Assembly (NCBI GenBank): GCA_976226885.1
Contig: OZ320320.1
Location: 36,828,001-36,892,000, forward strand
Length of the DNA stretch: 64,000 nt
Origin: Iphione sp. A-MEVVRFRX5
Taxonomy: Eukaryota
Reading direction: 5' to 3'
Numbering within the stretch: position 1 is the stretch's first letter; each line of letters starts with the position of its first letter. Made by a program: the position numbers and the translations under genes. This document shows, piece after piece, positions 1 to 13,131 of this stretch. Under the pieces are notes generated by a model. That model was not told the origin of the DNA and did no database searches. It saw nothing but the letters and a program-made list of their open reading frames with translations.

Positions 1-1795
1 TAGTAGTTGGCATTGCATGTGACCAGGCATTAGTGGGCGGCTCGGCAGAAGCGGGTCGCTTGGCCGCGTCAGGCCGCCTGATCCCGGCCGTCTATAAGCC
101 GGTCGACGCGCCGCTCCTCGCCCTCGCAGCAGCTACCGCAGCCAGAGCCCCATTGCTATTAGCCAAGTCCTCTCATCCCTGTCTCTATAAGAACCCCTCA
201 AGATGCGAGTAGTTAAAGAATGTATAGCTTCAGCGTTTTCCCTTCCGAGGGTACAATTAAAGAAAGTAAATCATGGTTAGAGAGAGACAAGAGACAGGGA
301 TTTATGTATGAGATGTACAATGTACATTAAGAAGCAATGGAACTTCGCCGATTCGTTTCCAGGATAGTCCTAGAGGATGAGTCCAAATCCAACAATTTAT
401 TTTGGTTAAGCAACAATTATGAAAGTGGTACGGTCAAGCATTGCTTTTGTTCAAGCATTGCTTTTGTTCAAGCAATGCTTTTATTCTGCATTCTAATGCC
501 TGAACTGAGGGATTTGTTAATGTTCATATTTGTCGAGAGGATCAGTTTGTGCGGCAGCTTTTGATTACAGGCCTCTATGATTAGAATAAATAGCACAAGA
601 CTCACATCAGTACACTAATAATGAAGTTTTTACATAGTTTCTGCATACATGTGGCTAATTGTATTTCGACAAGTAAAGGAACATATGAAGCCCCGGTGTC
701 CTGTTTATTTTTTTGCTGAGTGCATTAACCGTTCGTTTAATACACTCCTAACCACCATCCCGACCATCGTCATTTTCCTCGTCGTTAACATCGTTAACAT
801 CTATGACAAGGATATCTGGTCGTGAGTGACAGTGTTAGATATAGTCTTCTATAGGTGGGTATGGAGTGGTCGTATTCAAATCAACACCCGCCCCCTCCCA
901 CCCACCCACCCCCGCCAAACCTCCAGCTTGTGATTTATGCCATGTGGGAGCGGTGCAAGGCGTATGTGGATTTGGCAGCGGCCGTTAGGTGGCGGGCCAA
1001 GTATTGACTGCAGTGTGGGAGAAGTATCTATGGCTGTGCGGGCTGCGAGGGCGAGGGCTGAGGCACGGGCCAGGCACACTGGGGCTGGGGCAAGGGCGGC
1101 GGGGGATGGCAGGGTGATAGGGCCCCAGACAGATGGGGCGAAAGCTCTGATGGACAGGGCAACAATGGGTCAGCCGTGTGGTGAATAGGCGGCCGCTGCC
1201 AGCAACTCGGGACCAGTTCTCTTTCTCATCTTTATCTGACATCCCTCTCTCCTTGTTCTGCTCTCCCTGCTCTCGCTGTCCCCCTCCCGACGTTTCTGTC
1301 TGTCTGCCTGCCCGTCTCTCTCCATCTTCTACCATTCTCTAGGTATCGGTGGGATTAGCGACATATAAGTTCTCTGCTTGTATCCACTGCCCTTTTCTTC
1401 TATCAAAATACATACATGCCACATTTACTATGATGCCGACAGTTTCAAACACAGAGAAGACTGATGGTAATGATAGGAAGAACATACCAAATCTATTTTA
1501 CTGTGAATGAGATCTAAAGAGAAAGACATAAACACATGCTACATGAAGCAGCGGAGAAAACTGTACCACAAAATATTCCGTGTGAGGAGTATAATAGTTT
1601 TGATGCATTGCGTTTAAACCATTGTTGACAACTTGCAGACTTAAAATTTTGAGGCATTTTACTTAAGCCTAGCGGTTCCTTACGTTAGGATCCTACTCTA
1701 AGGTTAAAATATCAAGAGAATGAACTCGACGACGAGAGCATTTTGTAGGCTGAGTTCGTGACTAACATGGCCGATGTGTCTGGTTTGTGTTACAG

Positions 1796-1896
1796 CAGCG
1801 CTACATGAGCGCTATGCGCTGGAGGGTCATCACCATCTCCCCCACAGTCACCTGTACTCCGAGCCGGGCTTCACAGACACCGACAGCGTCCTCCAG
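1796..1896 (+). CDS. AHR: AHR exon, bHLH to PAS-A linker (AALHERYALEGHHHLPHSHLYSEPGFTDTDSVLQ)
   Basis: Acceptor tttgtgttacag and donor CAG|gtgagt. Phase-1 start, phase-0 end. Ends in ...VLQ directly before the ALNGF exon, as in known AHRs. Confidence 0.75.
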
Positions 1897-3839
1897 GTGA
1901 GTCACCCCTTTACGACAACCTACTAGAGTAAGGCAAGCCGAGCGATGGGGTATGAGGGTAGCGGCGGTGGTAGAGGGGGAAGCTTGAGCTGGGATATGTA
2001 CAGGTAGGGACGGTAGTGGAGTAAGTTATGTTTATGTGTGGTAAAGGGATGGATGCATGTTATCGGAGGAGCTATGCAGGCAGGAAGACGGGATAAAAGA
2101 GAGGAAGAGAGACGACATTGGAGGAGGTAGAGGAGTAGGCGGAAGGGGTAAAAATAGAACAAGGCGGAGACAGGTTTCCACTGGAGTTAGCTTGTAAGCT
2201 TTCAGGTAATGGGCCATGATAAGTAAGTTCCATTGGTGCAAACAGAACAAATATGTGGTATTAGCGGAGTATATGGGCAAGGGGAGGGGATGAAAATAGA
2301 ATGTAAAATAAGAACAAGACAGATTTATGGTCCAGCTGGGATGATAAAGCTTGTAGTTGTGACGATACTTTAATACTGCTTGAGTCAAAATAGTTTTCAT
2401 GGGATTCAGGTGTTGGTAAATTAAATCATCATATACGACATGCAGTGAATATTATGAGAAAAGTAATTACGCAAACGGTTCCAAAATGGTGCAGTAAAGG
2501 GACACGCAAATCAATAAAAGATAATGAATGCTGAGGACAAGAACCAAATCTACACAAATTTATCGCGTTGGCATAAAATGAAACTATTTCTAAACTACGT
2601 TTGCAATTAGTAAATTGCTTGTATGTGAATCGTTAATATCTGTAAAAAAACAACAAAAAACCAGCCCAGTATAAATTGCATTTTCAGAGTGAGAAAGTGC
2701 AGTCTTAATGAACAAGTTGCATTCTCAATGAGCATCTCCAGGCAGGTCTTCATCACCAATTTGCCCCAGGGCACAGTCGGGCAGGCACCAGTGCCAGCGC
2801 CCACTAAACGAGGATGCTTTCCCCAGTTTCTTCAGGAGTTTCAGCAATTTTAATTACGCCAATTTGGGATGTGTGATGGCCAGAAGTCGGCTGTAGAGTT
2901 CAAAAGCAACACTCGGGGCGAACAGTGTTGATTTTTCATTTTGCCTTGACACTCCCGCTGCTGTCCTTTTTACCCCCTTCTCCTTCAGCTCGTGACTCAC
3001 TCAGAACAAAAATATCTTTGCTCGTCGCGGTATTTGAGCATCAAGGCTTTTATTGTGTTGCAAGCTATTTTGCATTGTCTGTGCTTTTTATCACTGTATT
3101 TCCAGAGAGGCTGCCCTGTCCTTTGTGAGTTGTTTTAGTCGTGAGTGGCGGCATTGTCTATTGAAGTCCCCTGAATTCAGTCACCTGTGGTCCTCCGTCC
3201 GACGCCCCAACTCTCAACCCCCTTCCTCCCTCGCACCATCACCACCAATCAGCCTCAGTCCCACGTGGCGCCTTCTGGCGGCAGAAACAAGCTTGTTACC
3301 TACATTTTCGCTTCTACTAGATGAATCCTTATCATTTCTGAAACTTTTGAATGAATTTTATCCCCTTTAATGCATGCATCAAAGCGTCATTGCCTCAGTT
3401 CCCTGGAATTACTTTTTTATGTTAATTATATGCCTCTCCTTTGTTCCCTTCAACTTTATTGACTCCCTTTGCAGATCATACCTATGTGTTTCACTTCTCC
3501 ATGTCCTTCGCATTCCTCCTCCCCTATAGATCCATCACTTAAAGACCATATCCTTTCCCTGAATTTCCATCGTACATAACTCTAATATTTTCATTACCCT
3601 TGGCTTTCCCCCTTTGCAACCCATCGGTGCCTGTAGAGACCATCAAAGGGGAACCTATATCGGATTATTGTATAATTTGAAGTAGCACAGGCAGTTGGTA
3701 CCCCAGTTCTAAACGTCAATATCCAATCCGAGTCTGTCACCATGACAGTACAGCACAGTGTCAGTCGACGCAGTTTGTCCCCTTACCTGACCGGAGGACC
3801 ATATGTTTGGGCTAATCCAGGCTGTTCTCTCTGTTACAG

Positions 3840-3929
3840 GCGCTAAATGGCTTCCTATTTGTCGTCACATGCGATGGCGAAGTTTTCTGGGCTTCACGCA
3901 CCGTGGAGCAGTACTTGGGATTCCATCAG
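3840..3929 (+). CDS. AHR: AHR exon, PAS-A start ([30 protein letters not shown])
   Basis: Acceptor ctctctgttacag and donor CAG|gtaaga; diagnostic AHR PAS-A motif. Not in the ORF track; translated by hand. Confidence 0.95.
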
Positions 3930-6406
3930 GTAAGAACTGAACAAATCTCCTCTTTGAAGCCCAAACTGACGGGAGACAAAGAAGAAAAAACAAGATGGTA
4001 ATGGTAGGCATACACATGCCTGCTTTATATGGTAAAGGCCACTTGACCTCGTCAAAAACATTGTTTGCCCATGTAAATATGTGAGGCAGCTATTGTTTGT
4101 TGAGCAATATATTTTGTAATAGAGATAAACGTAGCAACAAATAGACGAGTGTTGATTCTGGTTGTACCATACTCCTACGGTTAATATGACGAAAATCATC
4201 TCATTTTGTACTAATGATTTGGGTCATGTTGAAATGTAGAAACTGATATCCTCATTTACTTTAGCGAATTGCTTACTTGGATTTGTCTCGTTACTTTTTC
4301 TCTCATTCCTTCACAATCTCCTTATTGCTGTTCAACTCCTCTTGCTGGTTTCCCACTCTTCTCCTCATCTGCTTCTACACACACCTTTCTATCCCCTTAT
4401 CGCTCGTCTGTCTGTTCTCTTTTTTTCTTCCCTCTCATTAATTCTGTGTCGTTATGTTAGTCGATCCCACATTAATCTCCCTCAACAAAATCAAAACTAT
4501 TGACGCCAATGGCATTCCAACAGAAATGTGTTGAGTCATCAGAAATCGAATGGATTAAGGCTGTAAATATACATACGACGACAGGTTTCCATCTGTGTGG
4601 AATGGATGGGTGGGCGCGGTGGTCTCCGCGTCAGCCATAAGACAACATGAGCAGATTCACACCTGTTCCTGGACTTAAAACCACCACCAGCCGCCCGGAG
4701 CCCCACCCGGAGCGATTCCAAGTCCGGGTACTGATTTGAATCCTGTGTGTCGTTAATGGCGTAGAGGTCAGCGGGGCCGGGGCGTAATGGATCCTTGCCA
4801 GCGATTAGCCTTGTTTTGCCGACAATGGGATCATCGCTGGAGGAAGGAGAAGGGTGCTCGTTAAGGCCGCTGGCTGATGTTTTATAGACAGGCCGGATGG
4901 GCACGTCAGGACAGCAAGGGGTTGGTGACGGCAGAAGGAGGGGGAGGAGGAGGAGGTGGAGGAGGAGGGTTGTGGGCAGGGGATGGTAGGATAGCTGAGA
5001 TTACGGATGTGTTATGTGTACACGGAGGTGGGGATAGGACGCGGATAGGCCCAGGTCAGAGTTTATACTGAATGCACAGGTATATTTACAAATGCCAATA
5101 TCCACAGGTTGTAAGCTCGGGTAGTTGAGCTGAATACATTCACAGTTCATTGAACTCCCTCAGATGTGATGACTCTTGACTCCAAAACAATAATTATGGT
5201 CCATACGGTCCATTTTGGTCCACATCAAATGTAAACTTCAAGAGGATGCCTTAAGAGTCTCTCAACTATATCTCTCCTCGTTGCTGTTTGGTTCTCAAAG
5301 GTCAGTACACATGTCCTGTACGTGTATATGGATACGTTGATTTACATATCTTCGCCCCCAAGCAAAATTTATTTACATTAAAGAAACTGAAATGAATTGT
5401 TGGAAGTCCATTATAGCCTCTGTTTACATTTTATAGAGGGACGATGCAGACAGGATGCTGCTGTATAGCTAGTTTTGCTGGTTTTTAAAATCACTTTTTT
5501 GTTATTTTTCCCACAGCCTTTCTCGTCTATTTGAACTCTTCCTAATGAATATCATTAAAGCCGCGCCGAGTTATAATGACGCGAGAAGTGTAGTCATAAC
5601 AATCATGAAACTAGATGAAGCGAGCACTTGAGGAGTCAATCACACGAGCCTGTGGCCGGCGTAATTATTCAAGTTGGTTTCTAGGTCTCCCGCTGCAGAG
5701 TCACATTGACAGATCCTTGTTGACCTCCATAGGGTGAAGCCACGGACTCTAGCGGGAAAGATAATCCCTCCGGGGCATACACCATCAGCTGGGACGAGTT
5801 GATTGAGTGTACTTGACCTCTAGTTTGGGTGATCTCGGCTTGCAGGCTGGGAGATAAGATAGCAGGGCTGATGATCATATTCAGGTTAGGATTGTGTATG
5901 TGTGTGCACGTATGGGTGTTTGGGCGTGTGTGTGTGAGGGAGTGTCATCGATCGGATGACAATCTGGTTCACTGGCTACACTAACTAACCCTACTATTTT
6001 TAACGCCCCTACCCCCACCTTCCCCCCATCCCACTTGCAATCGAACCCGGGCGATCCATTTCACGGTCTAAACTGTGTTGACGGTTAACATGTATGCTGG
6101 ACTCCGATAGAGACCTTAATGAGATGGATTTAATTAGGCAGACGGTTCCCTCAAGGTATGGAGTAAAAAAAATTGTAGAGGAATTGATAGATAGGGAGCC
6201 AGTGTGCGAAGAGAAGGTGGCAGGGGACAGACAGACAGGCAGACCAACGGACAGGTATAGAGATCGTGTAGGTCATGAAACGTGGATAACGGGGTTCTGG
6301 ATTTGATCACAATACATGTTCGCTCATGTTCCTACTGCTCTGCTACACGTGAGAATGTGGAAATCTGTTTTATTGCATATCCGACATAGATTATTTTCAG
6401 ATCTTA

Positions 6407-6424
6407 ATATATATATATATATAT
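6407..6424. repeat. (AT)n microsatellite
   Basis: Direct reading. Confidence 0.9.
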
Positions 6425-9354
6425 GTTACAATCCATTGCAACCACAATGACGAGAACTGTAGAAAACAAAGATCGTCTTAGTCTTCCCACATCAACAGTA
6501 TTATACAGAAGAATAACCTTTAATGGGTAATTGAATATTTGCCTCTAAATAAGTCTGTGGCACATGTTGATGGTTAATCCTGTATGCATTCAAACCGCTC
6601 GGCTTTATCTATATGCGCACCACATCTATTTCCTCAACGCCCGCCCTCTGTGATCCTCAAACCTCACTGGCGCCACCATGCGGAGAGATCAGCACCGATC
6701 GGCGGCTGTAGAAAGGCAGTGGAGCGGCGCGGGCTTCGCCTCCGGCAGCGGTCGTGTGGCCGGCGTATTGTCTCTGGCCGCCCCGGGCGGCGGCCGGGGC
6801 CGGGACACCGGCACGTGGGGGCCAACTTCACCGGACGCCCACAGACCTACCGCCGGCGGGCGCCTCGACAATGGCGGGGCTGGCCGTGGCCGACGGCGGG
6901 TAGAGAGATACCCGATACGGTTACATTGTGTCCCGTAGCTGGTGCCATAAATCACACGGTAATTACCGGTTACTGAGAGCAGGCTCCTGCATGCTAATGG
7001 AGATGTTGCCCGCTCGGATATCGCTCGCAGCGCAAGCAACGCGCCGCAGTTTGAAATGGAGTAACCTCTCGTCGCAGCTATCAACACAAACGACCTGAGT
7101 GATCGACTCCACTTGTGACGACACAGAAGTCTACATTAGCGAGAGTTGAGGGTGAGAGGGCGAGGGGCTTCGAGAAGGAACTAAATGTGAAGGGTTTTGG
7201 AGTTAATTGGATCAATATATGAGCAGGCGAAACGGAAAGATCCCCAGACAGACAGGTATAGCACATATGGACAATAAAACATCAGAAACAATACGAATTA
7301 GTGAGAAGAGGTCTGAAAAACAGACGCAGAGAGGCAGGCGGAGAGACAGATCAACAGACAGACATGGTGCGAAGGGTGAATCAGGCGAGGGACCAGAATG
7401 GTGAGGAAGTGTGGGAAGGACGGCCAGACAGGCCAGGCCAGGCAATGAGCGATTTATTTTCATCCAATTTGAGTGGAACGTGCGGGGTCCATAAAAAGGT
7501 AAATAAAAGTCGGGCCGCCTGATTATCGCTCGGAAGAGAAGGTCATAATGTAGCTGAGCGCCTGGCATGTGGAAAGGCAGGGACCCAAGCAAGGGGCCTA
7601 ATGCCTCCTAATTGATAACGTTCCCCTGCTGCCCAGTAAAAGCAGGATGAAAGCCGTCGCCATTTTGATGTTTTGCACTCTGATAGAAAACGAGAAGTAT
7701 AACACGACCGAAAAAAGCGAAGTGGGGGCTTTTAATAGAAGTCCGGGCAGCATTTGATTAAATCTGCCTGGTGATATTTACTAAGACTTTAATGTCTCTC
7801 CAAGATTCAGGGTCAACCGGTGCGGGGAGGCGTTGACTCAGAAATGTGTGTACGAGCAGTTCCCACCGATAACGAGTGGCTCATTGAAAGAATAACATCG
7901 TCCCACTCCCGATATTCGACAATACTCATCGTGTAGCTTGTAGCATGGCCCTCTATTTCGTAGGCAATATATGCACACACTGAATGGTATATATGCTATT
8001 GATGCAGACAGGTTCATTTAAAATTCAATTAAGATCCTTATCACAATATGAAATGTCTATTACTTCTTAGCTTTGTCCAAATGAAAACTGCATATACGTA
8101 TCAATAATGGAAATACAGTGATGCCTTATGGTTATTAACCTTGGCTGTGGTGAATAGAGCGACCCCCGTCGCTTCAAGTAGGATATATAGACTAAGTAAA
8201 TAATGCACGAGAGGACATCAAGGGTGCAGATTCTTGTTACAGCAAATGTTTCGCTTACACCCGTTTGTTCATTCAGACAGAAAGAAAGAACCCGCTGTTG
8301 CTCCTTGGAACTTAGGCAACATGTAAGCGAGGGCCGGCTGAATGGGAGAAAGATCGTCCGCTCCAATTGCTAGCGCTGGAGTTGTGCCTAAACCAATACT
8401 CCCCTGAGTACACCCATTGTTGTACATTATTAATTCCAGCCATCTTTTTAATTACCACCTGGTCTTTGGCTAATTAAAAAGGAAATTGTTTGGACTCGTG
8501 CCCTCGCCATGAATTGGAATATTGGCACGGCGCCAAACAATTCGTCTAATCGCGACAGGTCCACCCTCCTTCCCCTCAGGACCCAACCTCTAGCCCCGCA
8601 CCCTCAAGGCCAAACAGGGGGGTCGATATTATTCCAATATGCCAGCTCAACTTGTTTGTTACTTCAAGATTCTTTATGGTTGAAACGCAACGGAAATATG
8701 TAACGTCCATACGTGTTGGTCTTTGCAGTTTTGGAGATTGAAATCCTGACCAGTACCTATTGGTTGGTTACCATTGCTATCAGAGGAGGCTTCAAGGCAG
8801 ACACATAGGAAGCAGTGCAAGTCGCGAGAAGGAGAAAGTTCTGAGCTGCTCACCTAATGGGAATCTAATTTGCTCCGAATGACATCACACATCAGTGGAG
8901 TTATTGTAAGGCTGATTACGTGGAGTAGTGCGGAACAGCATGGGCGCCCCCCCGGGGGGAGGAGGGGGTTGGAGGGGTGAGGGGAAAGTAGAAGTGGTGA
9001 GAATCAGACAAGAATAAAACGAATCTTGTACCTCCTAAAATGCAGCTGTATCGCCCGTATGAGAAGGGGGCACTTGAAAGGCGTTCATCATAATTATAGC
9101 GGAGGGAGAGTGAACGTAGACCGGGTTGATTTGATCTGAACCCCCCCCCCCCCGCCAACCCACCCACCCCCACCATGCCAGCCAAGCCACTACTACTTGC
9201 TCGCTGGACCGGAATAATTCCCGTTACACCCCACAGGTGGCGGCTCTGTCCCACCCGGGCAGATCGCGGCTTAATTCCGCCGCTGAACAATTAGTGCGGT
9301 AATATGCTTTGAACGCTCCAACTGCCCCAGCAGCACCAGCAATAGCACCAAGGA

Positions 9355-9630
9355 TGCGAATGACGATGATGGTGTTACCAATGCTGGAGGATGAGTTGCT
9401 GAAGCTGCTGTTAGTAGTGAAGGAAGAGTACTACTGCTGGTCTTGGCGGTGGTGTGGTGACCATAATAGTCTAAGTTTTGATGTAATGGTGTGATGGCAG
9501 TGTTGATATGGGCTATGAGTGTTATGGGGTGATAACAATATTAGCAGATGATGCCATAGCAGTGTTTGAATAGATTATGGTGTGATGGTAGTGCCCATGT
9601 AGATGGCAGTGCGATGGTAGTATGGGTGAT
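9355..9630 (+). repeat. Degenerate (GAT/GGT)n low-complexity tract
   Basis: Recurrent gatgatggtg/ggtagtg units; a similar tract in opposite orientation lies at about 14140-14245. Confidence 0.6.
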
Positions 9631-10932
9631 GGCAAATTGCGTGGGTCATTCGATGTGGTTTGCGTCCTACAGGTGTAGCATTGAGTAGTCGGGATATAAT
9701 TCGGAGGTGGTATTGTGGTGGCAGTACACCTGTGAATGGTAATCTGTGGAACTAGCGGTGCTGCTGGGATATTGTGCCCTTGCCAGTAGTAATGCCACGG
9801 ATATAGACGGGCAGTAAAGACACTTCCAGTCGCAAGGCATACTGCACCGGCGAGATCCCAACCAACAGTTATCTCAGTCGTCTCCTGGCAACACCTTGCG
9901 CTAGGTAGCAGCATCGGGGCGACCCCTAGCGGGGCGTCCACATGAAAGGGTTAGAAGGCGGGCAGACATTGGAAGGAATCCTGCCAGTGTAATTAATGTA
10001 AGTCGGGCATGGTGATGTTTTATTTTCCCACCTGTGGAGCGTGTCATAAATTAACACTTGTCTGATGACCAAGTTCACAAATCATGAGTGTGATTTGAAA
10101 GGGAGTGAATTCCAACTATGTACATGTATATCAACAGAAGGCTGTCAGGACTCATGTGGTCCCACAGACAGTCTAAATATGCCTGTCAAAGAGGGGACAG
10201 AAGGGAAAAAACACTATTTCTAGAAAGAGGGAGAAAGAGTGAAACATGCGTACAAACAGAATCCCAAAGTCGAAAAAAGGACCGTGAAACAAAAGCTGAA
10301 AAAGGAGAAAAGAATAATCATTCTGTCGAGTGGCGGGTAAAAACACCTATGACTGTAATGTCAAGTTGGAGAGTATTTCTTCCCTGTGACGGGTGCACCT
10401 GTGGCCCCTTTTTTCGACTGCTTCTATCTTTTTGTTTGCCTCTTAATGTGATTATACCGAATCTAACAGGTCTACAAGTACAGGGAACTGGCACGAGGTA
10501 AATCGTTGTCAGGTTAACTACTTCTTATTAACTGTTTGGAAAGCAGTGACAGTTTAATCTTGACTTTTACTCTCGTGCCTTAGGCTACGTTACCTTAAGT
10601 ACCACGTGTTGAATAAAACTGAGCTCCTTAGATTTGCACAGTAATTAGACTTGGTCGCATTTGACGGGGGTCCTCATATTGTGTATGTTTATCCCAGTGT
10701 AATTTGAAAACAGTGGTAAATGGCATGTACTTAACCAAGCTACTGTGTCACCACACTCAGTTTGAATTATGTCAACCTGCATTATTTTCACCTTTATTAC
10801 AGGAAGAACTGTCAAGGTGGCCAGCAAACAGTGCACATTGACTTTGTTCAGGAAGAACCTTAAGCAATTAATGGCCCACGTTTTACCTATGATTAATGAT
10901 GGTTGTTTTGTTCTTCCCTCATTTTTCTACAG

Positions 10933-11068
10933 TCCGATATAATTCATCAAAGCGCCTTAGAGCTTATCCACTCCGAAGACCGAGAAGACTTCAAGAACCA
11001 GCTCAACTGGCGATCACAACTTGGGACAGATCAACAAGAGATGACGTTACAAGAGGCCCTCTTACCAG
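10933..11068 (+). CDS. AHR: AHR exon, PAS-A (SDIIHQSALELIHSEDREDFKNQLNW...ALLP)
   Basis: Acceptor tttttctacag and donor CCAG|gtgcag; lies within ORF 10903..11253; AHR PAS-A motif. Confidence 0.95.
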
Positions 11069-13057
11069 GTGCAGGCTACTTCTTTCCACTTTTCATACGC
11101 AAACCCTTACAGATTACTCGAGGGGGAATCTTAATGACCAGTGTACAGACACCATCAGAAAAAAATTATAATTCTCTAAAAGGAAGCGCCTTGGGGTTTG
11201 GATATAGAGCTGCAATTGCGATGGAGGTAGTTTTTGTTGACAGAAAATTGTGATTGATTTAGTACTCTGTGCTTTTATGTTGAAGTTTCCCATTATTTAT
11301 GAGTACCTTTCTTTTGTTAGTAACACCGTTGAATGGTTATCTGCTTTGTCACTTTTTATATATGAAATTAAATATAGAGATAAACATACATGTACATTCA
11401 TGCAGTTCATGCTGGCGCCGTGTCAAAAAGTTACCATCGGCCTTCATAAATGTCAGCCTTGTGACTGAACTGTGACTATATTATGGACGTAGATACCTGT
11501 ATTATCAGACGTAATTATGATCTCGATATTGCCCGATGCCGATCTGCTGAAGTCATGGAAAACAGAGATGAATTAGCTACTGCCATGGCAACAAGTACCA
11601 CTTGTAATTCTGTAATGTGAGTAGTAAAACCAAACGCTATCACAAAACCATACATCTGGACTGAAAGAAATATGTAATTGTATCCGACCAGCGTAAGAAA
11701 GGCAGTAACATTTGGATTGTATCATTAGAATTTCAATGGAGTAGGCCTCCATAAAACAACACAAAAACACCGCAAGTATTCTCATTTGCCTGAAAGGGGG
11801 AAGGCGGACGAATCTCATAAAACTGCGTGGTATTTTCCCGCTTTTTTAAAAATAATGGAGCCCCGGTGATGCGACTGGGGACTCGAGGGATTCTTCTTTG
11901 CCGGGAGAACATTTAGTGACTATTGTCCCTTCAGTGCCGTCTGTCCATTTAAAAAAAATGACAAATGATTGACCAGATGCTTCTAGACTTGGTCATTTGC
12001 ATATTTCCCCTGTGTCGTGTCGGCGGCGTGAGCGGTCGCACACAGGTTGCACTCGAGTTTCGCTCGCTTAACACACGGGGGCGCCACGTGCACTCCGCTT
12101 TTACAAATTGCGCCCTGTCGACGATCCGCAATCTGCATAATCGGCGGTAGGGCTTTTCACGGCGAGCATCGGTCTCGCCCATCTCTCGACAAGAGGAACA
12201 TCTGCTTTGTAGCGAACTCTGGCCGATATCTCCGACCTTCTCTATTCAAGAACCCTTGCTACGCCTGAACGGAAATGGGAAAAAAACGTTAAAACGTTTT
12301 ATTTAATTATTGAACAACATACCCTAGAGAGAATTCTTTCATAGTATTTAACATTAAGGCGCGAAATTTATCCAATTGTTTTTCGAAAATGTATCTGATA
12401 AGGGAGACATCTCTATCTGCTTACCTATGTATATTATTCTCGTCGTGCGAGTGATTCCGAAGAGTGCCTCTGTGATGTGAGAGCTGTCTTTTACCGCCCG
12501 TGGCAATCTTCCCCTGACCGCCTGCCCCAGTAAATCCCCGGTCGTGGGATCCGGGGAGGGCGGCCGGGGCTCGGACAGGCGGCACCCCAAACTCCCGCCC
12601 CCGGCGACGGTCGGACAGAGTGGCGGCCCTGAGGCCGAGGTGTCGTCCTTGTCGTTACATGTGCGACGGACAGCGACACCTGTCACATCAAAGAGGATGT
12701 AGCGGTGAATAATAGAAGCGACGATGAATAAGGGATGGGGTCAGGAAGCAGTGCTTAAACAGAGATCGGTGGGTGGGAGGGTGGCGGAGGGAGAAAGGGA
12801 GGTGGAGAGGAGAGGATGCTTCTAAACAGGCAAATAGTTGGGAAGACAAGAAACAAGAGCAAAGAGATAGAAAAAGGTCACGCACGGATGAGAAAACACG
12901 TTGAAAAGCAACATCAAATGCCGACAATGTCACAAGAAGATATTCAGAGAAGGGCAGTCAGAGAAAGTAACGAGGGAGACTATGTTCTTGTCACTGTTCA
13001 TGTATGTCATTTTTTGTGTACTACATCTAGTAACATGTTTCTCCTTTGGCTTTTCAG

Positions 13058-13131
13058 AAAATAACCACGTTTTGCAACGATCTTTTACCGTCCGTTTCCG
13101 ATGTCTTTTGGACAACACCTCAGGTTTTATC
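13058..13131 (+). CDS. AHR: AHR exon, PAS-A end (ENNHVLQRSFTVRFRCLLDNTSGFI)
   Basis: Acceptor ggcttttcag and donor ATC|gtaagt; invariant RFRCLLDNTSGF motif. Confidence 0.95.

Noticed and set aside
1-220. GC-rich block with TATAAG resembling a solo LTR or promoter
   Set aside because: Cut by the window edge; no TG...CA ends, TSD or second copy visible.
6040-6100. tRNA B-box-like GGTTCGATT (minus strand; another at about 45509-45520)
   Set aside because: No A box or cloverleaf; not enough for a tRNA or SINE call.
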